Program-made: the position numbers and the translations under genes
In this document: one piece after another, positions 49,805-58,876 of the stretch
Layout: every line of letters begins with the position of its first letter
How positions within the stretch are numbered: the first letter of the stretch is position 1
Source of the DNA: a virus
Taxonomy: Duplodnaviria > Caudoviricetes
Strand: one strand, 5' to 3'
Length of the DNA: 64,000 bases
IMG/VR virus record: IMGVR_UViG_3300006217_000025
Span: 1 to 64,000 of that record
Notes under the pieces: model-generated
Database searches by the model: none
What the model was told of the DNA's origin: nothing
The model's input: the letters and a program-made list of their open reading frames with translations, nothing else

Positions 49805-50413
49805 ATGAATATAAAAACAAGATCAGATATTGAAAATATCTTAGAATTACATTCAAAATGGCTGAAAGGTGAAAAAGATGGTAAACGGGCTGATTTTAGT
49901 GACGCTGATTTGAGTGGGGCTGATTTTAGTAATGCTGATTTAAGAAATGCAATTTTTTGTGGAGCTAATTTAAGTGATGCTAATTTGTGTGATGCTAATT
50001 TCAGTTATGCTAATTTAAGTGGAGCTGATTTCCGTGGGGCTAAAAAGATAGACGTCCGTTATGATGCAAACACTTCATTTTTTGCTTTGCAATGTCCGGA
50101 AGAAGGTTCTTTTGTTGGATGGAAAAAGATTGAGGAGGATTACATTGTAAAGCTATTAATTCCAGAAGATGCAAAACGTAGCAGTGCTACTTCTAGAAAA
50201 TGTAGGGCAAGTAAAGCTATCGTATTAGAAATTTATGATAGAAATGGGAATGTCATGAGGGATGATTTTATTGGACATTCAAAGCAAAATAATAATTTCA
50301 TTTATAGAAAAGGCGAAACAGTTATCCCAGATAGTTATGACGAAAACAGATGGAATGAATGTAGCCATGGTATCCATTTCTTCATTACCCGTAAAGAAGC
50401 TGAGTTATATTAG
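49805..50413 (+). CDS. Pentapeptide-repeat protein with C-terminal DUF5758-like domain
   Basis: A(D/N)(F/L)xx repeats; CPEEGSFVGWKK...RKCRASKA...WNECSHGIHFF. Confidence 0.85.
   Translation: MNIKTRSDIENILELHSKWLKGEKDGKRADFSDADLSGADFSNADLRNAIFCGANLSDANLCDANFSYANLSGADFRGAKKIDVRYDANTSFFALQCPEEGSFVGWKKIEEDYIVKLLIPEDAKRSSATSRKCRASKAIVLEIYDRNGNVMRDDFIGHSKQNNNFIYRKGETVIPDSYDENRWNECSHGIHFFITRKEAELY
49889..50038 (+). repeat. Ten 15-nt coding tandem repeats (pentapeptides)
   Basis: Units like GCTGATTTTAGTGAC / GCTAATTTAAGTGAT. Confidence 0.85.
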
Positions 50414-50430
50414 ATTAATGAAAGGAATGT

Positions 50431-50820
50431 TTGATAATGGGTCAAATGACATTAACTGAATTTGTAGATTACTTTGATTTTGATTATTGTCTATATGACA
50501 GTGGAAAAGAATTATTGATTGGTTTAATTGATAATCAAGGGGCTAATTTAGGGGATATTGAGCAGGATAGATTTCTAAACAATAAAGAAGGTGTATTAGA
50601 TATTATTGATAGACTTGAAACATATTATGAAGATTATATCTTTAATGACTTAGAGATAGAATTAGAAGAAAATGGAATTGATACTTCAAATATGAGTTGG
50701 AAAGATATGTATAATGCAACAAAAAAATTAGATTGTGGTAGTGAAATCATGGATTACATCTTTGGAAATAAAGAAGTGATTTTAGATAGTCAAGATAAAG
50801 AAATTGTAAAAGAATATTGA
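50431..50820 (+). CDS. Hypothetical acidic protein
   Basis: ORF track. Confidence 0.7.
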   Translation: MIMGQMTLTEFVDYFDFDYCLYDSGKELLIGLIDNQGANLGDIEQDRFLNNKEGVLDIIDRLETYYEDYIFNDLEIELEENGIDTSNMSWKDMYNATKKLDCGSEIMDYIFGNKEVILDSQDKEIVKEY

Positions 50821-50836
50821 AAGTAGGAACCTTAAA

Positions 50837-51367
50837 ATGTTAAAAAATTATAAAAAATATCAATTAGAATGGATGATTAGCCATGGTTATTCATTAGATG
50901 ATTTAATGAATAAGATGGCTGATATAATCAATGAAGAACTGACTGTTGAGAGCAATGCTCATATAATCATAGATGAAGCATTTGAAATATTGCAAGATGA
51001 ACGAGGATTTGTAGGGTCTGAAATTTGGGCTTGTGAAGATGAATGGGAACAGAATGAAAACGATGATGACTTTGAAACAAATTTTGAAGTTGCAATTAAA
51101 ATGTTAGAAGATAATCCATATGATTTTAATAAGCATAAAGATTTAGTATGTTTATTTTGTAGTGAACAAGAAACCCCATTTTATGAATCTACATTATATG
51201 AGTTTCATTTCTTTGTTGAAAGATTTTGGTTAGAGAAATATGTATTAGAAAATTATAATGTTATAAATTTACAAGAATGGTTGGAGGAAATTTATACAAG
51301 TGATGAAAGTATATATATATTATTTGATGGTATCAAAGCTGGCGTGGTAGCTGGAATTTATAAATAA
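50837..51367 (+). CDS. Hypothetical acidic protein
   Basis: ORF track. Confidence 0.7.
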   Translation: MLKNYKKYQLEWMISHGYSLDDLMNKMADIINEELTVESNAHIIIDEAFEILQDERGFVGSEIWACEDEWEQNENDDDFETNFEVAIKMLEDNPYDFNKHKDLVCLFCSEQETPFYESTLYEFHFFVERFWLEKYVLENYNVINLQEWLEEIYTSDESIYILFDGIKAGVVAGIYK

Positions 51368-51386
51368 AGGAAAAGGGTAGATATGT

Positions 51387-51821
51387 ATGGAAAAAAAATT
51401 ATCTCTCACAGAATGGATTAAAAGATCATTTGGTGATGTAAGTCAAGAAAAATTAAAAAAACTAAAACAGTCTAAAGATGTCCTAAATACTTATATTAAG
51501 TATTTGTTTTTTTTAAAAGAAGAATTAATTAACAATTATCCTAAGAGTGCAGCGTATGTTGAGTCTCATTTAGTGCAACCGCATAGGCTTTGCAATAGAT
51601 GTGGAAATTACATATTAAAATCTGATTTAGAACAATATCCGTATCAATGTATGTATTGCGATGAAGATTTATTTAGCATTGAAACTCATTTAAGAACAAA
51701 TGATTATGGACAATTAGTTAATGATGAGATAAGTATTTTTGCTTATTGTGATTTGATTGAACAAGTGTCTGCTTTATTATGTTTAGATGATTGGAAAGGA
51801 GATAGTATAAATGAAAATTAA
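51387..51821 (+). CDS. Hypothetical protein with CxxC...CxxC
   Basis: CNRCG...YPYQCMYCDED. Confidence 0.7.
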   Translation: MEKKLSLTEWIKRSFGDVSQEKLKKLKQSKDVLNTYIKYLFFLKEELINNYPKSAAYVESHLVQPHRLCNRCGNYILKSDLEQYPYQCMYCDEDLFSIETHLRTNDYGQLVNDEISIFAYCDLIEQVSALLCLDDWKGDSINEN

Positions 51822-52050
51822 TGGACAAGTAGTAGTTGGTAAAGAATTTGCTTATGATGGCTGCCATAAAATTTATATTATTGAAGATGAAGAAGATAAG
51901 AAAGAGGCTATAGACGGATATACAATTTTGCCTATTAGTTTATTAAAGAAAACATATGAAAATAGTTGTTCATTAAGATTTATTCATAATTGGAAATTAA
52001 ATAAGACATATGTTTTACAATTTGAAGAAAATGTAACATTTGAAGATTAA
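51811..52050 (+). CDS. Hypothetical protein (AYDGCHKIY family)
   Basis: ORF track. Confidence 0.7.
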   Translation: MKINGQVVVGKEFAYDGCHKIYIIEDEEDKKEAIDGYTILPISLLKKTYENSCSLRFIHNWKLNKTYVLQFEENVTFED

Positions 52051-52062
52051 GGAGTGATGTGA

Positions 52063-52563
52063 ATGAAAGCAATTAATATCAAATGGAATGTTGACTGTGA
52101 AAAGGATTTGGAAACATTACCAATTGAAATTGAAATACCTAGGGCGATGACTGATGATGACGTAATATCTGATTATATTTCTGATGTAACAGGATTTTGT
52201 CATTGTGGATATGAGATAGTAGAAACAAATAAAGTTCAACAGTTATTAGATAGAATTGAAGAATTAGGTTGGAATGTAATAAATGAAGAAGATGACTGTT
52301 ATTCATTATCTCAATTTTCACCAGCAGAGCAAGATTTTAATGTTCATATTAGAGCGGAAAATTCTGATGAATTAATACAATCGATCTATGAAGCATATGA
52401 AAATTATGATGTTAGTTATGAAACATATTTATGGTTAGATAGTACAGGTCACGGTACAAATGGCGCCCCATATGAATTAGATGATGTGTTAAAAGATATG
52501 AAATGGTGTGAAAATGCTATTTTGGAATTGTACAAAACTTTGATTAATGAAGGGAAGAGATAG
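52063..52563 (+). CDS. Hypothetical protein
   Basis: AAGGAG RBS. Confidence 0.7.
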   Translation: MKAINIKWNVDCEKDLETLPIEIEIPRAMTDDDVISDYISDVTGFCHCGYEIVETNKVQQLLDRIEELGWNVINEEDDCYSLSQFSPAEQDFNVHIRAENSDELIQSIYEAYENYDVSYETYLWLDSTGHGTNGAPYELDDVLKDMKWCENAILELYKTLINEGKR

Positions 52564-52565
52564 GA

Positions 52566-52832
52566 ATGAAACAAATAACATATCTTGTTATAGTTGAAGA
52601 AGATAAAAGACAATCAATTTTAAATTCAAAAATGGCACTAATTAGAGATTGGAATATGGGTTGGTTCGAAGTCCCACAAATATTTATTGAAGAATTTAAA
52701 AAAAATTTTGGTATAACTGGATTTGAGTGCGGAGTATGTAGAGAAAATATAACAAAAGAAGAAATCAATTATTTTAACCAAATTAGATGGCATGAAGGAA
52801 GTAATATAATGAATGAATCCGATGAAGAATAA
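52566..52832 (+). CDS. Hypothetical protein
   Basis: ORF track. Confidence 0.65.
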   Translation: MKQITYLVIVEEDKRQSILNSKMALIRDWNMGWFEVPQIFIEEFKKNFGITGFECGVCRENITKEEINYFNQIRWHEGSNIMNESDEE

Positions 52833-52864
52833 TTTGAGGAAATGTTAGAAAATTTACTTCATAA

Positions 52865-53086
52865 AAGAATGTCAATAAATATTTATATGAAGGTGAGTTT
52901 TGCTAGGCTTCATCAGCTTTGGGAACTATAAATGTAGAATCTGATTTACAAGGACTCAATAAATTCATATTAGATGCGATCAGAGCTTGCGATACAGGTA
53001 AATTAAAGATTGGAGGTCTTGATAGTGTGAATGATTTACCTGATAGAACAATTCTTAGAGGAAAGGGGCGAAACGTAAAGAGATAA
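52865..53086 (+). pseudogene. Relic C-terminal fragment of a second reverse transcriptase gene
   Basis: Translates NKYLYEGEFC*ASSALGTINVESDLQGLNKFILDAIRACDTGKLKIGGLDSVNDLPDRTILRGKGRNV, colinear with the intact RT's MKYLYEGERAWAMSCLSCINVESDIAEMNKFIMDCIKACKTGKKRIGGLGVAYNLPDKTIIRGKGKHV. Confidence 0.9.
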
Positions 53087-53173
53087 GACAGGGCATAGTG
53101 CTTAAGTAATAATTTAAAAATGAGTCCAGTTGTGTTTGAAGTAACAGTAAGAAACATGAAAGGTGATTATATT

Positions 53174-53368
53174 ATGTTTACAAGAAAATTTAAAAATATT
53201 CATGATGATGAAGTATGGACTTTAGAAGAATTAAGACAATTAAGAAACGATCATAAAAAACAAGGAATTGATGTGTATGATAGTTTTGATAAATGGATGA
53301 GCGTTCAATTATGCATGGATTTTGTAGAAATTTATAATAATTCAATGGAACAAAATATGAAAGGATGA
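53174..53368 (+). CDS. Hypothetical protein
   Basis: AAGGTGA RBS, ATG at 53174. Confidence 0.65.
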   Translation: MFTRKFKNIHDDEVWTLEELRQLRNDHKKQGIDVYDSFDKWMSVQLCMDFVEIYNNSMEQNMKG

Positions 53369-53760
53369 TGATTATGAAAAGAGAATTGAAAGGTCTTGAT
53401 GATGTTGTAATAAGATTAAATGATGGACTTGAAAGAACTTCAGAAGAATTAGAGGTGTGCAAAAAATGATTGTTTAAATTTGGACTAGCTAATTACATGA
53501 GTTTAAAATAGTTAGATGATATGTGTTTGAAGATTCTGTTTGGGTGTTTAAGCAAATATTTGGATAAAAATTAGAAAAGATAAAAGGATGATATATATGC
53601 TAATTTTGATTCTAAGTGTGAAGTATTTGTGATTGATGAATGTGCGGCTTGGGACTAGGAAGAAGTGCAAGAAAAAAATAAAAAGGTTGAAGAGATTTTC
53701 AAAAAAAGAAAATTTAAAAGAATATATTAAAAGAAATATGAAAGGGTAAAGGTGAATAAA

Positions 53761-54174
53761 ATGGCGAATTATAATTGCGTAATTAGGACAAATTATTTTC
53801 ATGTGAAAAACAATACTATGTTCGAAGATTTTATGAAAACTGTTTATGGTGAAGATGAAGTTTTTATGTTCAAAAAAGGTGATATGTATGGATTTGGATG
53901 TTATGGGGAAATTATGGGTATAAGAAATCCTGAGGATGAAAACGAAGATGAATATGATTCTCCATATGATGCATTCATCGATGGGCTACAAAAATATGTA
54001 ACTGACAATGACGCAGTGATTATTATGGAATTTGGTAATGAAAAATTAAGACATATATCAGGTACCGTCGGTGTTATTACAAGTAAAAAAGTTAAATATA
54101 TGGACACAACAGATTTAGCAATGGATATTGCAAAAAAATTGTTGAACAATAAAAATTATGAAACTCAGTTTTAG
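53761..54174 (+). CDS. Conserved phage hypothetical protein (MANYNCVIRTNYFHVK)
   Basis: AAGGTGA RBS. Confidence 0.7.
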   Translation: MANYNCVIRTNYFHVKNNTMFEDFMKTVYGEDEVFMFKKGDMYGFGCYGEIMGIRNPEDENEDEYDSPYDAFIDGLQKYVTDNDAVIIMEFGNEKLRHISGTVGVITSKKVKYMDTTDLAMDIAKKLLNNKNYETQF

Positions 54175-54291
54175 ATGCTGTATATTGATTCTTAGAGGAA
54201 TTCTATAATTTATGTGATAGATATAGGGCCTAGATTGATGCAAACTATTAAAATTGAGACTCAAATAGCTTAATACTAGGATGGAGGCAAT

Positions 54292-54690
54292 ATGACATTA
54301 GATGAGTATGATAAAAAAATAAACTCTTATATAAAACAATTATCATCTCTATATGGAGATGAATGGGAAAAGCTTTATGAAGAAATTTCACAATTACAAA
54401 AAGATTATATGAAAAGTGTATTAATAGAATATGAGAAAGAAGTTAATTGTAAAGCAAAAGAATGTATTTATAATTTATTGCAATATGCAATTGAATGGAG
54501 TGAAAGTGGAAATTCAATTGTTAACGTTGATTCAAAAGAAATTGCTGATGAAGTTGAAGAGATTATATGGGAAGAAATTGGTGTTTATTTGTTAGACTGT
54601 GAAATATATAAAGAAGATAATCATTGGTCTATTGATTGTATGTTTGCTGGCAATTATGTTCCATATTGGGATGGCTGGAAAGACGAATAA
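54292..54690 (+). CDS. Hypothetical acidic protein
   Basis: GGAGG RBS. Confidence 0.7.
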   Translation: MTLDEYDKKINSYIKQLSSLYGDEWEKLYEEISQLQKDYMKSVLIEYEKEVNCKAKECIYNLLQYAIEWSESGNSIVNVDSKEIADEVEEIIWEEIGVYLLDCEIYKEDNHWSIDCMFAGNYVPYWDGWKDE

Positions 54691-54758
54691 TTATAAAAAG
54701 GATAATAGTAAAATGAAAGACTTAAAAGAATATAGTAATAGGAAGGTTAAGAAAGCAA

Positions 54759-55049
54759 ATGAAAGAGCTTAATATAAAAATGTATGAAGAAGAAATTGGT
54801 GAAGAGTGGATTGTAATGAATGTCCCCGGTAACGTTTCTGATAGTGAAATTGCATATGCTGTACACATGGCTAGTAAATATGCTTGGATTGACGAAGATG
54901 ATATTAAAGAAAATTATGATGAGTTGTTTGATGATATGCTTAAATTAAAACAAGAAAACAATGGACAGTATGTATTCATGTCATATTTAAAAATGACAAT
55001 TGGTGCAAAATTTAAAAAAGGAAAATATGATTTTGAAATTGAATGGTAG
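54759..55049 (+). CDS. Hypothetical protein
   Basis: ORF track. Confidence 0.65.
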   Translation: MKELNIKMYEEEIGEEWIVMNVPGNVSDSEIAYAVHMASKYAWIDEDDIKENYDELFDDMLKLKQENNGQYVFMSYLKMTIGAKFKKGKYDFEIEW

Positions 55050-55067
55050 AAAGGTTGGGTTAAGAAT

Positions 55068-55376
55068 ATGAAAAACTTAAACACTATGGATACATTTGGA
55101 AATGGTTTTAGAATTGAAAGAGATGGGAAAATATTTACATTAACAGAAGAAGAAATGAGCGATTTCAGATATTTAGATCAAGCGACTACAGGAAGGTGTT
55201 GCTTAGAATTCTATAGTTGTAACGATGATGAAAAAGAAATTATTGATAAAATGATGAAAGATGAAGAAGTCTGCTACAACATTGAAGATGATGTTTTATC
55301 TTTTATTTTTGAAGATTGTGAAAAAATTGAAAGGATTGTTATTAAAGATTATATTAAAAATTTTAATACGAATTAG
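55068..55376 (+). CDS. Hypothetical protein
   Basis: ORF track. Confidence 0.65.
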   Translation: MKNLNTMDTFGNGFRIERDGKIFTLTEEEMSDFRYLDQATTGRCCLEFYSCNDDEKEIIDKMMKDEEVCYNIEDDVLSFIFEDCEKIERIVIKDYIKNFNTN

Positions 55377-55391
55377 ACTACGCGTATTAAG

Positions 55392-55718
55392 ATGAATAAA
55401 AGAGGGGAAATTATGGATTTAGAAAAACTGAAAGATTGTTATAGGAGACTGGATAAAGCATTAGAATTTGATGGTGATTTTCAAGACATGTACGATAATT
55501 TATCGGGGATCGTTTTAGATGTTATGAATGATTTGTTAATTGTAATTAGGAGTGGAAATGATGAAGTTTCACCTAAATTAACTAGAAAAGAAAAAAAGAT
55601 GGTTAAAAAGGCTTTAGATTATTATGGGGATAGCCTTGCAGATACAATAGGATACAGTGCTGGTGAAAAATATTGGGATTTAATAAATAAATTTCAAAAT
55701 AAGAGAAAGGATGCATAA
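55392..55718 (+). CDS. Hypothetical protein
   Basis: ORF track; start may be a few codons downstream (GAGGGG RBS). Confidence 0.65.
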   Translation: MNKRGEIMDLEKLKDCYRRLDKALEFDGDFQDMYDNLSGIVLDVMNDLLIVIRSGNDEVSPKLTRKEKKMVKKALDYYGDSLADTIGYSAGEKYWDLINKFQNKRKDA

Positions 55719-56148
55719 AATGAGTTATAAAGTTGTGTGTACAGGCGATAGTGTTAAATGGTTTGATCACTATCAAGATAGTGTTAATTATGTCAAAAAA
55801 GAGGTAACAAAGGAAGTAATAGAACTATATGAAAATGATGAAATTGATAAATATGGGGTGCAAGATATTTTATTTGACTTATATACATATATATATCATA
55901 CACGAGGATTTATACATCCGAGTTTAAGAAATGAGTACGAGATCGTGGAATATAAAATAAAAGAAGCAAATAACTTAGAGTTTATTGGACAGATTATTGA
56001 TATTTTTGAAGACTTTTTAGAAAAGAGAGGAATTCATATTCACAATGTCGAACAAGACAAAGATGTCGCCCTTATTTATGGAGAAGATTATTTTGAATTA
56101 GAAGATAGCCTGAAAGATATGCTCAAAAATTGGGTGGTTATTGTATAG
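55711..56148 (+). CDS. Hypothetical protein
   Basis: ORF track. Confidence 0.65.
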   Translation: MHKMSYKVVCTGDSVKWFDHYQDSVNYVKKEVTKEVIELYENDEIDKYGVQDILFDLYTYIYHTRGFIHPSLRNEYEIVEYKIKEANNLEFIGQIIDIFEDFLEKRGIHIHNVEQDKDVALIYGEDYFELEDSLKDMLKNWVVIV

Positions 56149-56150
56149 AA

Positions 56151-57428
56151 GTGGATATTTTAATAAAAAAGATGTTTGAATATGAACGTTGGAAAGAGTT
56201 ACTTGAAATTGCTTCTGAAAAAGAGTTAGATAAGGATTTAATTATCAAATTTATGAAACCAGATGAACGAAAGAAATTGGCTTATATTATTGCTTCGGAT
56301 AGTTATACTATTGCTCCCCCACATATCGCTTTTATCCCAAAAGACGATGGCACTATGAGAGAAGTATATGTAAACGAAGATTTAGATAGGATAGTATTAA
56401 CTTTAATAAATAATGTTCTTTGCGAAATTTTTAAAAATAAAATTCATCCTAAATGTGTATCATATCAAAAAGGATTAGGGACACAAATGGTAGTTGAACA
56501 AATTTCAAGAGAAATTACTCAAATGGGTATTGATAATCCTCATATAGAGCGCTGTGGTTATAAAAGTGATTTTTCTAAGTATTTTGATAATGTGTCTTTA
56601 AAAGCTATTGACAGGGTATTTAATGAGTGTGAACGGGGACTAGGTTATGAGTATAATAAGCATCCCGTTTTTAATTTGTTGCGGAGATATTATCATCAGG
56701 ATTTATATTTTAATAAAGATGGGAAATTGGGCAATAGATATCAAGGGCTCAAACAAGGGTGTGCAGTGGCTAGTTTTCTAGCAAATGTCGTTTTGTATGA
56801 ATTAGATGAATTTATGTCAAACAAATATAGGATTTATTATAGATATAGTGATGATTTAGTTGCAATCGACAAAAATACTGATGATGTTATTGATGATATC
56901 AATCGAGTTATTTGTAAATATGGCGTTACATTGAATCCTAAAAAAGTAGAACCAATCTACAAAGATGAATGGTTTAAGTTTTTAGGATTCATGATCAAAG
57001 GTAGCCAAATCACTTTATCTAAAAAACGCATCAAGAATTTTGAAAAGGAAATTAGAAAAAGAAGCGTTGATAAACGAAAATGCTCTGAAAGTAAGGCTAG
57101 ATATCTAATCATGAAGTATTTATATGAAGGCGAACGGGCATGGGCAATGAGTTGTTTGAGTTGTATTAACGTTGAATCTGATATAGCTGAAATGAATAAG
57201 TTTATTATGGATTGCATTAAGGCATGTAAAACCGGAAAGAAAAGAATAGGGGGACTAGGAGTTGCTTATAATCTACCTGATAAAACAATTATAAGAGGCA
57301 AGGGGAAGCATGTTACCTCAAATAAGGTTAACAATGGGTATATTGAAAGATATTTGAGTGTACAGTGTCTTAGAAAAGATTTAAAGTACAATAGAGACTT
57401 ATTCGATATTGTACTTAAAGGACTATAA
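56151..57428 (+). CDS. Stand-alone phage reverse transcriptase (not DGR, intron or classical retron type)
   Basis: IPKDDGTMR (RT1), DRIV (RT2), YKSDFSKYFD (RT3), GLKQGCAVASFLAN (RT4), YYRYSDD (RT5), LNPKK (RT6), FKFLGF (RT7); likely GTG start at 56151 (track start 56130). Confidence 0.93.
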   Translation: MDILIKKMFEYERWKELLEIASEKELDKDLIIKFMKPDERKKLAYIIASDSYTIAPPHIAFIPKDDGTMREVYVNEDLDRIVLTLINNVLCEIFKNKIHPKCVSYQKGLGTQMVVEQISREITQMGIDNPHIERCGYKSDFSKYFDNVSLKAIDRVFNECERGLGYEYNKHPVFNLLRRYYHQDLYFNKDGKLGNRYQGLKQGCAVASFLANVVLYELDEFMSNKYRIYYRYSDDLVAIDKNTDDVIDDINRVICKYGVTLNPKKVEPIYKDEWFKFLGFMIKGSQITLSKKRIKNFEKEIRKRSVDKRKCSESKARYLIMKYLYEGERAWAMSCLSCINVESDIAEMNKFIMDCIKACKTGKKRIGGLGVAYNLPDKTIIRGKGKHVTSNKVNNGYIERYLSVQCLRKDLKYNRDLFDIVLKGL

Positions 57429-57454
57429 GATAAAGAAAAAGTTGAGGTGAAACT

Positions 57455-57703
57455 ATGAAGTTATATTTAATTTTAGTTGGTGGTGATTATATTAGGGATT
57501 CTCAAATTTATACAGGGGAAAACATTGATGGGGACATTTATGATGATGATTCAACATGGAAAGATTTTTGTCCTACTCATGTTGTTGGCGTTGTATATGC
57601 TTCTACATATGAGAATTCAATTAAAAGATTTTTAGAATTATGCAGTGACTATGAAGAGTTTATGCTATCTGCATACGAAATTTCAAATGAGGTAATCTTA
57701 TGA
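57455..57703 (+). CDS. Small acidic hypothetical protein in the RT cassette
   Basis: GAGGTGA RBS; ATGA overlap with the next gene. Confidence 0.7.
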   Translation: MKLYLILVGGDYIRDSQIYTGENIDGDIYDDDSTWKDFCPTHVVGVVYASTYENSIKRFLELCSDYEEFMLSAYEISNEVIL

Positions 57704-58134
57704 CAATTTATGGACGATTGATTGAGGCAGGCCAATGTGGCTTGCCTTTTTATGTGGATTTTAAAAAGAAGAACTTGTTTGTTAACAAAAAATGTTTAAT
57801 TAAACATGGGGTGGTTTTGGAAGATGAAGATATCATGGATGACAAAGACTTGATACAAATTTATGAGAATCCACTTGATTATGTCAAAATTCTATATGAA
57901 AACTTCAAAAATTCTTGGGGAGATAACAGAAGTAAATACTTTATTGCAAAGGACAGTAAAGAAATGTCATTTGAAGCGATTATAGAGGCTTGTAGTGGAA
58001 GTTTAGCTAAAGCTAGACTTGAGGGTTTTGTTTTATTAACTATTCTCACAGGAGAATTTAAGTGGGAATGGGGAAATAAATGGTTCTACCAAGATGATGG
58101 GGGACTTATTTTACTAAAAGAATGGTTTTATTAA
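57700..58134 (+). CDS. Putative RT-associated accessory protein
   Basis: FYVDFKKKNL...LYENFKNS...ARLEGFVL...WGNKWFYQ...LILLKEW; position downstream of the RT. Confidence 0.65.
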   Translation: MTIYGRLIEAGQCGLPFYVDFKKKNLFVNKKCLIKHGVVLEDEDIMDDKDLIQIYENPLDYVKILYENFKNSWGDNRSKYFIAKDSKEMSFEAIIEACSGSLAKARLEGFVLLTILTGEFKWEWGNKWFYQDDGGLILLKEWFY

Positions 58135-58153
58135 AAAAGAGGAGGAAAATATT

Positions 58154-58852
58154 ATGAAAAAGAAAACGGCAGAAAGAATCGTGGAGTTGGTAAAGAATGG
58201 TGTAGATGTCAAAAAATTCAATGCATTAACAGATGAATTGACAATCGGTTTATCCACATCTAGAAATTTATTAAAGGTAAGGGAAGTAGAGATTGATGAG
58301 AGAAAAATTATTACTCTCGATACACCAAATATTGATATCGCAATTAAGACATTGAAAGCATTTAGTTATCAAGGCTATGATGCAGATACAGGAAAACATG
58401 AATTAGGATTTAATAGCTGGCTAAAGAATGAGGTATCATTTGCTAGTTTTATTTTTATGTTTCATAAACTGCATAAATGTGAAAGTCCCAATATTTCCTA
58501 TTTAGCAGAGCAATGCTTAATGAATTTTAAACAAACTTATACAGTGGAGGCATTAAGAAGAATAAAAAAAATCGGGGTAGTAAAATTAGGTAAAATTAAT
58601 CATGCTAATAAGCAAGATGTTGAAACAAGAATTTATGGGATGTTTGAAAGAATATATGAAGGTTATTATACAAGTGGTTTCTTTGAATATAAAAATGAAG
58701 CATGGAGAGATATTTGTAAATTATATTATGGATATTATACATATACATTTTTAAAGGAATATTTTCCGGAAAAACTAAATGGATTAGAAATTGATAGTGA
58801 AGAAGTAGAAGTAGCATATTTCTATATTCAACAATTAGAAAAAATTATCTAA
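58154..58852 (+). CDS. Putative RT-associated accessory protein (232 aa)
   Basis: GAGGAGG RBS; lies between the RT cassette genes and the structured RNA. Confidence 0.65.
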   Translation: MKKKTAERIVELVKNGVDVKKFNALTDELTIGLSTSRNLLKVREVEIDERKIITLDTPNIDIAIKTLKAFSYQGYDADTGKHELGFNSWLKNEVSFASFIFMFHKLHKCESPNISYLAEQCLMNFKQTYTVEALRRIKKIGVVKLGKINHANKQDVETRIYGMFERIYEGYYTSGFFEYKNEAWRDICKLYYGYYTYTFLKEYFPEKLNGLEIDSEEVEVAYFYIQQLEKII

Positions 58853-58876
58853 GTTTTTTTTGCTTTGTGTTGGGCT

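Noticed and set aside
56151-57428. Group II intron or classical retron
   Set aside because: Flanking genes are intact and closely packed; no domain V/VI or GUGYG 5' end was recognised; no X/En domain; no retron NAxxH/VTG motifs and no room for an upstream msr-msd.
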